From the IMG/VR virus record IMGVR_UViG_3300009100_000008: a DNA stretch of 38,676 nucleotides, one strand, 5' to 3'. The notes below the pieces were generated by a model that did no database searches, was not told where the DNA came from, and worked only from the letters and a program-made list of their open reading frames with translations. The position numbers were made by a program, and so were the translations under genes. The first letter of the stretch is position 1. Every line of letters starts with the position of its first letter. This DNA is from a virus. This document shows positions 8,425 to 14,711 of the stretch, one piece after another.

Positions 8425-8503
8425 GACCCTCTCGTCTCCTTCGTGAGTCGTCTGGTGGGGGTCCAGCGGCCGGCCCGTGCCATCGGGTGCGGCCGCGCTT
8501 TCG

Positions 8504-8734
8504 TTAGGCGGCCGAGCGGCGCGCCGCTGTGCGGCGTTTGACTGCCGGCCGCAGGAGCGCGACCAGCAGTTCGCGTTGGGCGTCGGTCAGCGGCGGCCAG
8601 TCGGCCACCAGCGCGCGGGCCTCTGCACTGATCTCGCCGAGGCGTGGCGGCGCGGGCGGGCCGCCAGGACGGGGGCCGGCCGGGCCGGAAGGGCCGGTAC
8701 CGGCGCCGCCGTCGGGATGCGTCGGGTCGGTCAT
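8504..8734 (-). CDS. Small Pro/Gly-rich early protein (76 aa)
   Basis: ATG 8734 overlaps the upstream stop (ATGA). MTDPTHPDGGAGTGPSGP...ARALVADWPPLTDAQRELLVALL. Confidence 0.5.
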   Translation of the reverse strand: MTDPTHPDGGAGTGPSGPAGPRPGGPPAPPRLGEISAEARALVADWPPLTDAQRELLVALLRPAVKRRTAARRSAA

Positions 8735-8964
8735 GACGCCTCCTCCCGAGCGGGTCGGATGAGGCGCGCTGCCTGATGTAGGGCAGCGAGGTACCGCCGA
8801 ACTTCGGTGTCGGCAACCCGACGGCGGCGCGCCGGTCCTGTCGCGGTCAGTCGGCCGTCCTCGATCATCCGGTAGACCGTCGTCCGGTCCACACCGAGTA
8901 GCCCGGCAGCCTCGGTAATGGTGAGGGCGGCCGTGGCATTCGCGCCACGCGATGTTGCACGCAT
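8731..8964 (-). CDS. HTH_17/excisionase-family DNA-binding protein in the Cro position (77 aa)
   Basis: Inner ATG 8964. LTITEAAGLLGVDRTTVYRMIEDGRL is a MerR/Xis-type HTH. It is the first gene of the leftward early operon, divergent from the CI-like gene. Confidence 0.6.
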   Translation of the reverse strand: MRATSRGANATAALTITEAAGLLGVDRTTVYRMIEDGRLTATGPARRRRVADTEVRRYLAALHQAARLIRPAREEAS

Positions 8965-9109
8965 GCCACGACCGTACGCCACGAGGCGCGCGTGCCACAA
9001 CCCAACCGATCGGATGATGTTTCGGATTTCCCCCAGGCGCCTAATGTTGCAAGCTATGAGCGACGTTCGACGCAAAGCCCCTGCTAGAGGGCCGTCGCAT
9101 GCGCGCCAC
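8965..9109. promoter_or_regulatory. Divergent early/lysogeny switch region
   Basis: This is the only stretch between oppositely oriented HTH genes. It is visibly less GC-rich (ATGATGTTTCGGATTTCCCC, CTAATGTTGCAAGCTATGAG) and has no frame with third-position bias (14/24 G/C in the CI frame, 9041-9112). Confidence 0.5.
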
Positions 9110-9577
9110 ATGTCGCGCCCGCGCGACACCCGGCCGCTGTCTCGGCCGTACGATCAGAGTGTGTCCAGCCGAAAGGATCGCCTCCGCGAATTCAAGAAGT
9201 ACATGGAGGAGGTCATCGAGGCAGCGAACGCCGGCCGGCGCGGGTCGCCCGTCCGGAACGTCGCTGCGCAGACCACGGAGCCGGACGTGTCGACGTTGTA
9301 CCGGTGGCTCCGTGGCGAAGTGTGGCCGGACCCCGATGTTGTGGTGTCCTTCCACAAGCAACTGGGGCTGGATCCGGCGGAGGCTTTGCGCATCCTCGGG
9401 TGGGCTACCGCCGGTCCTGGACCGACCGAGCCGATCGAGCTCCCGCCGGAGCTTGCTGCGCTGGCCCGGATTGTGCGCGACCCCCACACCCCGGCATGGC
9501 GCCGCCGCGCGATCATGGCCGCCGTCGCCGAGCTTGCCCGGACGCCGCCGCCCTCGGATGCGTCCGACGTCGGCTGA
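9110..9577 (+). CDS. CI-like HTH regulator (155 aa from ATG 9110; alternative GTG start at 9161)
   Basis: Third-position G/C is 17/20 in both 9101-9160 and 9161-9220, against 14/24 upstream. VAAQTTEPDVSTLYRWLRGE is HTH-like. No SD before either start, so the mRNA may be leaderless. Confidence 0.5.
   Translation: MSRPRDTRPLSRPYDQSVSSRKDRLREFKKYMEEVIEAANAGRRGSPVRNVAAQTTEPDVSTLYRWLRGEVWPDPDVVVSFHKQLGLDPAEALRILGWATAGPGPTEPIELPPELAALARIVRDPHTPAWRRRAIMAAVAELARTPPPSDASDVG
9111..9128. promoter_or_regulatory. Perfect 18-bp palindrome TGTCGCGC-CC-GCGCGACA (operator candidate)
   Basis: Read directly. It begins at the T of the candidate ATG start (9110) of the CI-like gene. Confidence 0.4.
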
Positions 9578-9702
9578 ACGGGTGCCCTCGTTCTCCGGTT
9601 AGCGACCGTCATTTGTGGTAGTTGTCTACGTACACCGGGTGAGATTTGGCGCGCCCGGGCGGGGGTCGGGTGGGGCACACCGGCAACCGCAAGGAGGAAC
9701 CG

Positions 9703-9963
9703 ATGGATGACGAAGGCAGGCGTCTCGGCACAGTAGCCCTAGGAACAACCGTGGCGGCCTGTGGTGGATGGCTGGCCGTGGCGGCAGCCATGATCGAACG
9801 GCGCCGAGCAACCGAGCGGGGCTTCACGGTCCTCGTTGCGTTCGCGGTAACAGCATCATGTGCGGCGGTGATGCTGGCATCGGAGGCGACCGCCCTGCGG
9901 GCGCACCAGGTGCGGCGTGAGCGGGACCAGTTCGACAGGAACCTGGCATCCATCACGCGGTAG
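9703..9963 (+). CDS. Small 2-TM membrane protein (86 aa) in the lysogeny module
   Basis: ATG 9703 is preceded by AAGGAGGAA. LGTVALGTTVAACGGWLAVAAAMI and FTVLVAFAVTASCAAVMLA are hydrophobic helices. Confidence 0.6.
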   Translation: MDDEGRRLGTVALGTTVAACGGWLAVAAAMIERRRATERGFTVLVAFAVTASCAAVMLASEATALRAHQVRRERDQFDRNLASITR

Positions 9964-9970
9964 GACGACC

Positions 9971-9998
9971 GACGCCCCGCCGTCAGCGGCGGGGCGTC
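9971..9998. terminator. 12-bp-stem hairpin GACGCCCCGCCG-TCAG-CGGCGGGGCGTC between convergent genes
   Basis: Read directly. It lies just after the stop of 9703-9963 and contains the integrase stop codon (9983-9985). Confidence 0.55.
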
Positions 9999-11419
9999 AC
10001 CTGCACTGTCGTCGAATCGAACGCCTTCCGGCCCCGGGGATGGTGATGCAGACGAACCACGCACAGGGCGTCGATGAGCGCACGCTGCACCGACAGGCCC
10101 GCATGGTCGAATGCGGCCACCGGGTCGGCGGCCAGCAGAACCGACGCGCACTCCGAGCCGCTCATCGTCAGTCGCTCGGCTTCCAGGGCAGAGATTTTCG
10201 TCTCCGCGTCGGTCTTGATGTCGCGGTACAGAGCGCCGTCGATCAGCTCGGAGTCGTAGTCAGCGCGGGCGCGCGCGATCCTGCCCCGTTGCTGGTGGAG
10301 CCCCTCTCGCAGTTCGGCTGCCCGTGCGTCGTCCGGCGCGCCAAGCAGGTCAGTGACGTCGCCGACCTCCAGGCGGGCTCGGATGATGTGCAGGACGTGC
10401 CGGTCGATGGGTTCGCGGGAACGCATGATGTGCCCGGCGCACCGGTACCGGGCTCCGTGGGTCCGCACCTTGCCGTCGCAGATCCCGCACAGGTACAGGC
10501 CGGCCCCGAGGTGCTTCCGGGCGGTGCCGATTCGGTTCGTTTTGCGGTTCGGATCGTCGAGCTTGGCTTGCACCTGCAACCACAGGACGTCGCTGACGAG
10601 CGGCTCCCACCCGGCCTGCACAGGTTCGCCGGTGACGGTGCGCACGATCTCGCGGTGGAGCATGGACCAGCCGGCGTAGCGCGGGTTCCGCAGGATTCCC
10701 TGGACGGAGCTGAAGCCCCACGGCCGGCCGGTCCGCGACGGCAGGGCAGGCACCATCCGAGGCACGTCCTGGACGAGGGTCAGGCCAGGCCCGCGGGGAG
10801 GTTCAGCACCGTTGAGCGCGGTGGCGATGGCCTTCAGGCTGGCACCGGCAGCGAACGCCTGGAACATCGCCGCGACCGCAGCGGCCTCCTCCGGGATCAC
10901 CTCACCGTTGAGGGTGTAGCCGGTGGCCCGGACACCACGGGGCGGCCGGCCCAGCGCGGCACGTTGAATGTGGGCCCGGGTCTGCCGGGCGCCCTTGCGT
11001 TCCATCTCACCCCTGGCGACCGCCGCCTTGATGCGGGCGTACAGGCGGCCGCCGTCGGTGGACAGGTCCGCCTCACCGTTGGCCGTGACCAGCCTGAGTC
11101 CGCGTTCTTCGGCGGCGTCGATCCAGTCCTCCAGCTGCCGGGGTTGGCGGGTGAGGCGGTCGAGGTCCCAGCACACCAGCGCCGAGAACCGGCCCGCCTG
11201 GAAGTCGGCCACGAGCCGGTCGTAGGCCGGGCGCTTCCTGGTCTTGACGTACGCGGAGATGCTGCTGTCGGTGTAGGTCTCTACGACCGTCCACCCGCGT
11301 TCGCGGGCGAGGCGTTCGCAGTCCTCCTGTTGCCGCTCGACGGCGAGGCCCTCGCCGGTCTGGTCGCGACTGATTCGCAGGTAGATGGCCGCGCACACGG
11401 GTGGGGGAGCGGGAGTCAT
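9983..11419 (-). CDS. int: Large serine recombinase (phage integrase), 478 aa
   Basis: AAIYLRISRDQTGEGLAVERQ (catalytic Ser region), resolvase-type N-terminal domain, then a recombinase domain and Cys-containing zinc-ribbon region (LYLCGICDGKVRTHGARYRCAGH) and a coiled-coil tail. Confidence 0.9.
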   Translation of the reverse strand: MTPAPPPVCAAIYLRISRDQTGEGLAVERQQEDCERLARERGWTVVETYTDSSISAYVKTRKRPAYDRLVADFQAGRFSALVCWDLDRLTRQPRQLEDWIDAAEERGLRLVTANGEADLSTDGGRLYARIKAAVARGEMERKGARQTRAHIQRAALGRPPRGVRATGYTLNGEVIPEEAAAVAAMFQAFAAGASLKAIATALNGAEPPRGPGLTLVQDVPRMVPALPSRTGRPWGFSSVQGILRNPRYAGWSMLHREIVRTVTGEPVQAGWEPLVSDVLWLQVQAKLDDPNRKTNRIGTARKHLGAGLYLCGICDGKVRTHGARYRCAGHIMRSREPIDRHVLHIIRARLEVGDVTDLLGAPDDARAAELREGLHQQRGRIARARADYDSELIDGALYRDIKTDAETKISALEAERLTMSGSECASVLLAADPVAAFDHAGLSVQRALIDALCVVRLHHHPRGRKAFDSTTVQVTPRR

Positions 11420-11420
11420 G

Positions 11421-11472
11421 AGAGGTTACTCTACTACGTGACGTGGTCGAGTTCCGTAGTGGAATAACCTCT
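11421..11472. other. attP candidate: 18-bp imperfect inverted arms (16/18) around a 16-bp core
   Basis: AGAGGTTACTCTACTACG (11421-11438) ... TGACGTGGTCGAGTTC ... CGTAGTGGAATAACCTCT (11455-11472). It starts 2 nt from the integrase start codon. The size and architecture are typical of serine-integrase attP sites. Confidence 0.5.
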
Positions 11473-11528
11473 GGGGCGAAGCGGTAGCAGCGTACCGTGA
11501 ACGGGTAGGCACTACGGGAGGGGCACCC

Positions 11529-12725
11529 GTGAGCAGAATCCGAGCGGGCATGACACCAGGCGAGCGCATCAAGGCGCTGCGTGAAGCAGCGGGCCTGACA
11601 CAAGAACAGGCCGCCGGCTTGTACGGAAAGAGCGTCAGCCTGTGGCGTAAATACGAACGCGACGAACGAAGGCCGCGGGAGCTGGCGTCGTGGATGGAGA
11701 TCGCACGCATCCTCCGCGTGCGTGACCTCTCCCAACTCGTCGGCCGCCCCGTCTCGGCGATGCCGAGGGAGCCGCAGGAACACGAGTCGGTGTCGGCTAT
11801 CCGCAACGCGATGATCACCGTCATCAGCGACGCCGACCCCGTCCCCGGTGACGAGCTGGGCCGGTCGGTTGAGGGCCTGTGGGACGTGTGGCACGCCCCC
11901 ACGCCGTGGCGCTACGCCCGGGTCGGGTCCGAACTCCCCGGCCTGATCGCGCTCACCGCGGCATCCCTGAAGGCCGACCGTCGGTCCGTGTCGCCGGCGG
12001 CATGCATGCTCTACCAGCTGACGCGCGCCTACCTGAAGCGCGTCGGGGCGCGTGACCTGTCACTGCTGGCCGCTGAGCGCGCGATCCGCTGCGCCGAGGA
12101 CGCCGACGACCCGGGGCTGGCGGCATCAGCCGCGTGGAACATGGGCCAGATCCTGTCCACGCAGGGCCACACCGAGGAGTCCCGCAGTGTCGCAGCGGAC
12201 GCGGCACGGCTGTTGGAGCGGCGGCTGTCCGACGGCGGCGACCTGCTGGCGATCTTCGGCGCGCTCCACCAGCTGTGCGCCATCCAGTCGGCGCGGCTGG
12301 AACGGCCAGATGAGGCGCTGCGGCACCTCGACGTCGCGGCCGACGCCGCCCGGACGACAGGCGAGACCAACGCGTACCGCACAGCGTTCGGCCCGACGAA
12401 CGTCGCCATACACCGGGCATCAGTGGAGCGGGAACTGTCCCGCTACGGCGACGCGATCCGCATCGCCGAACGCACCGACGTGTCCGCGGCGGCGAGCGTG
12501 GAACGTCGAGTGACGCACCACCTGGACTTGGCGAACTCCTACGCGCTGCGGCGCAACGACGTGGGGGCGGTGGCGATGCTGCGCCGGGCGTTCGATGCGT
12601 CGCCCGAGGAACTCCGACTCAACTCGCTGGCCCGCACCACGGTGGCTGACTTGGTGGACCGGGAGACCGCTGCGACGTCGGCGGAGCTTCGCCCGCTCGC
12701 GCGTGCGGTCGGCGTTATCGAGTGA
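11529..12725 (+). CDS. XRE-type HTH regulator with a long all-helical (TPR-like) C-terminal domain, 398 aa
   Basis: GTG 11529 is preceded by GGGAGGGG. GERIKALREAAGLTQEQAAGLYGKSVSLWRKYERDERRP is a classic XRE HTH. The remaining ~320 aa are Ala/Leu-rich helical repeats. Confidence 0.75.
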   Translation: MSRIRAGMTPGERIKALREAAGLTQEQAAGLYGKSVSLWRKYERDERRPRELASWMEIARILRVRDLSQLVGRPVSAMPREPQEHESVSAIRNAMITVISDADPVPGDELGRSVEGLWDVWHAPTPWRYARVGSELPGLIALTAASLKADRRSVSPAACMLYQLTRAYLKRVGARDLSLLAAERAIRCAEDADDPGLAASAAWNMGQILSTQGHTEESRSVAADAARLLERRLSDGGDLLAIFGALHQLCAIQSARLERPDEALRHLDVAADAARTTGETNAYRTAFGPTNVAIHRASVERELSRYGDAIRIAERTDVSAAASVERRVTHHLDLANSYALRRNDVGAVAMLRRAFDASPEELRLNSLARTTVADLVDRETAATSAELRPLARAVGVIE

Positions 12726-12755
12726 CACCCCGAGTGTAGGTGACACCCCGAGTGT
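12722..12755. repeat. Tandem direct repeat 2 x GTGACACCCCGAGTGT (period 18 bp), each with an ACAC-N5-GTGT dyad
   Basis: Read directly: aGTGACACCCCGAGTGTagGTGACACCCCGAGTGTcg. Copy 1 overlaps the stop codon of the HTH-TPR-like gene. Confidence 0.9.
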
Positions 12756-12790
12756 CGGTTCGGGCACGGAGCGCGCCCTAGCGTTTACGC

Positions 12791-13159
12791 ATGGTTGAGC
12801 GCCCCGCCCCGGACGATCCCGGCTGTTCGGCCGCGGGGGACGAGTGGCCGGACCCGGGAAACTCAGGTGCCCCACCCGACCCCGGGTCCGGTCCACTCAC
12901 CCCAGAGCAGCAGATCACCGCAGCTCTCCCACCCGGGTGGGTAGCAGAACCCCGCATCTGGCCCGGCCCCGGCCAACTCTGGCGCCTGCGCATCGTCGGA
13001 TGCGACATCGGACACCTCATCCTCCGCGACTCCGGCAGGTGGGCTTCCGGCGTCGACTGGCGCTCACCCGTCCGGCAACTACGTGGCTACGAGACCGCGG
13101 CCGACGCCATCCGGGCCGTCGTCCGACTGCTGCCAACCAGGCCCGTGCCAGCTCACTAA
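12791..13159 (+). CDS. Hypothetical protein (122 aa), disordered Pro/Gly/Asp N-terminal half
   Basis: Track ORF. Third-position G/C is 16/19 in 13021-13080, but no frame stands out in 12901-12960, so the start is uncertain. Confidence 0.45.
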   Translation: MVERPAPDDPGCSAAGDEWPDPGNSGAPPDPGSGPLTPEQQITAALPPGWVAEPRIWPGPGQLWRLRIVGCDIGHLILRDSGRWASGVDWRSPVRQLRGYETAADAIRAVVRLLPTRPVPAH

Positions 13160-13168
13160 CGGAGGCCC

Positions 13169-13417
13169 ATGAACCCCGCCACCTACTACCGCTGGACCCG
13201 CACCAACGAGGGTCTCACCGCCGACATCCTTGGCAGCGTGTACGCCGTCGCCGCCGACCCCAACGCCAGGATGATCCACCTCGGTGTGTCTGGTGCCGCC
13301 GCCTCGCTCACCCCAGACGAGGCGCGCATGCTTGGGGTGCGGCTCATCGAAGCTGCGGTGCACGCCGACGCGGACCGGTGTGTGCGCTCCATCGAGCCGG
13401 TCGCGCTGGCGTCCTGA
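13169..13417 (+). CDS. Hypothetical protein (82 aa)
   Basis: ATG 13169 is preceded by ACGGAGG. Sequence begins MNPATYYRWTRTNEGLTADILGSVYAVAADPNARMIHLG. Confidence 0.55.
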   Translation: MNPATYYRWTRTNEGLTADILGSVYAVAADPNARMIHLGVSGAAASLTPDEARMLGVRLIEAAVHADADRCVRSIEPVALAS

Positions 13418-13458
13418 CTGTCGGCTGCCTGACAGTCGCCCTCAGCCATTCGGACAAT

Positions 13459-13473
13459 ACGTGTGCAACACGT
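13459..13473. promoter_or_regulatory. Perfect 15-bp palindrome ACGTGT-GCA-ACACGT upstream of the DUF4352-like gene
   Basis: Read directly. It sits in a locally AT-richer stretch (CATTCGGACAATACGTGTGCAACACGTCACG), 36 nt before ATG 13509. Confidence 0.4.
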
Positions 13474-13508
13474 CACGCGGCGCGCCCGCGCGCGCGTAGC
13501 CTGCCCGC

Positions 13509-14144
13509 ATGACCTACCCACCGCCGCAACAGCCGGCGTACCCCCAGCCACCGGCCAAGCGGGGCGTGAACAAGATCCTCATAGCCGCCATCGTCGGCGG
13601 CGCGCTCCTGCTCGTCTGCTGCGGCGGATGCGGCGTCCTCACACTGGTGTCCGCATCGAACCCAGCAACACCCAGCAGCCCCGCCCCACCAGCCGCGCAG
13701 CCCGGGAAGCCCGCCAGTAAGGCACCCGACCAGCCGGCGCCCGCCGCCGCCGCAAAGATCGGCACCCCCGTCCGGGACGGCAAGTTCGAGTTCGTGGTCA
13801 AGTCCGCCAAGTGCGGCGCCACGAACTTCGGCGGCCAGTTCGGGAAGACCGCCCAAGGCCACTTCTGCGTGGTGGACGTGACGGTGAAGAACATCGGCGA
13901 CCAACCACAGACGTTCCACTCCTCCTCGCAGAAGAGCTTCAACGCCGCCGGGCAGGAACTCGCGGTGGATGACACCGCGACGATCTACGCCAACGAGAAC
14001 TCGGCGGCGTTCCTCAACGAGATCAACCCCGGCAACACAACGTCGGCGAAGCTCGTCTGGGATGTGCCGAAGACCGCGAAGCTGGTGAGGCTCAAGCTGC
14101 ACGACTCGCCGTTCTCCGGCGGCGTCGAGGTCACCCTGTCCTGA
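13509..14144 (+). CDS. Membrane-anchored DUF4352-like protein (211 aa)
   Basis: Pro-rich N-terminus, TM helix ILIAAIVGGALLLVCCGGCGVLTLV, Pro/Ala linker, then GTPVRDGKFEFVVKSAKCG...GHFCVVDVTVKNIGDQPQTF...AKLVWDVP. This is the beta-sandwich pattern I associate with DUF4352. Confidence 0.65.
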   Translation: MTYPPPQQPAYPQPPAKRGVNKILIAAIVGGALLLVCCGGCGVLTLVSASNPATPSSPAPPAAQPGKPASKAPDQPAPAAAAKIGTPVRDGKFEFVVKSAKCGATNFGGQFGKTAQGHFCVVDVTVKNIGDQPQTFHSSSQKSFNAAGQELAVDDTATIYANENSAAFLNEINPGNTTSAKLVWDVPKTAKLVRLKLHDSPFSGGVEVTLS

Positions 14145-14170
14145 TGTCCTGATCATCCGGACACGACGAA

Positions 14171-14207
14171 GCGCCCCGCCCCTCCCGCGATGGGAGAGAC
14201 GGGGCGC
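14171..14207. terminator. Bidirectional hairpin GCGCCCCG...CGGGGCGC between convergent operons
   Basis: GCGCCCCGCCCCTCCCGCGATGGGAGAGACGGGGCGC lies between the stop of 13509-14144 (+) and the stop of 14219-14476 (-). Confidence 0.55.
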
Positions 14208-14218
14208 TGGTGTATCCG

Positions 14219-14476
14219 CTACGTGCGCGGCGGCCACGCCCAGTTGCCGGGCTGGTCGCCCTCGGCGCGGCTCGTGGCCCAGTAGGAGCCCTCGCCGTCC
14301 AGGAGGACCTGCAGGTTGCAGGTCGACCCGCCGAAGGTCCGCACGACCACGGCCGGGTACACGTCGCCGGCCGTCACTGAGTTGCGGTGCCGCCGGCCAG
14401 CGACGTCGATCGCGCGGACGTCGCCATCGTTGAGCGTGTAGTGGACGATGCGGCCAACCGTCGGCTGGCCGCTCAC
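14219..14476 (-). CDS. Hypothetical protein, last gene of the late operon (85 aa)
   Basis: GTG 14476 overlaps the upstream stop (GTGA). Sequence begins VSGQPTVGRIVHYTLNDGDVRAIDVAGRRH. Confidence 0.5.
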   Translation of the reverse strand: MSGQPTVGRIVHYTLNDGDVRAIDVAGRRHRNSVTAGDVYPAVVVRTFGGSTCNLQVLLDGEGSYWATSRAEGDQPGNWAWPPRT

Positions 14477-14700
14477 TGCCGCGGCTCCATCTGGCTGCGC
14501 AGGGCACGCACCGACGCGGGGCTGTAGGCGTGGCGGCGGGCCCACAGGCCGGCGGCGACCGGCGCCAGCGCAGCGACCAGGGCCAGGACAGCCTTCTGCT
14601 GGTCGTCGGTCAGTGGGGCGCCGAACGCGACGGCCAGCGCGATGACGGCGGTGACGATCGCCGAGATCGCGGCGATGGTCAGGACGGGTTCGCGGTCCAT
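14473..14700 (-). CDS. Small 2-TM membrane protein (75 aa), holin/antiholin-like
   Basis: ATG 14700 is preceded by GGAAGGGA. MDREPVLTIAAISAIVTAVIALAVAF...AVLALVAALAPVAAGLW. Confidence 0.55.
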   Translation of the reverse strand: MDREPVLTIAAISAIVTAVIALAVAFGAPLTDDQQKAVLALVAALAPVAAGLWARRHAYSPASVRALRSQMEPRQ

Positions 14701-14711
14701 GGTGTCCCTTC

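Noticed and set aside
9917-11467. 516-aa plus-strand ORF
   Set aside because: It is antisense to the serine integrase, which has clear catalytic and zinc-ribbon motifs. The plus-frame product has shadow-type composition.
12726-12790. A short secreted pro-peptide gene (AimP-like) immediately after the HTH-TPR-like regulator
   Set aside because: I found no short ORF with an RBS and an N-terminal hydrophobic signal sequence there or in 12791-13500. The space is filled by the tandem 16-bp repeat. The communication-system idea therefore remains speculative.
12778-13020. 80-aa minus-strand ORF antisense to the 122-aa accessory gene
   Set aside because: It has no RBS, a Gly/Pro/Ser-rich product and no better codon-position bias than the sense ORF. 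It would also be an isolated antisense gene in a rightward cassette.
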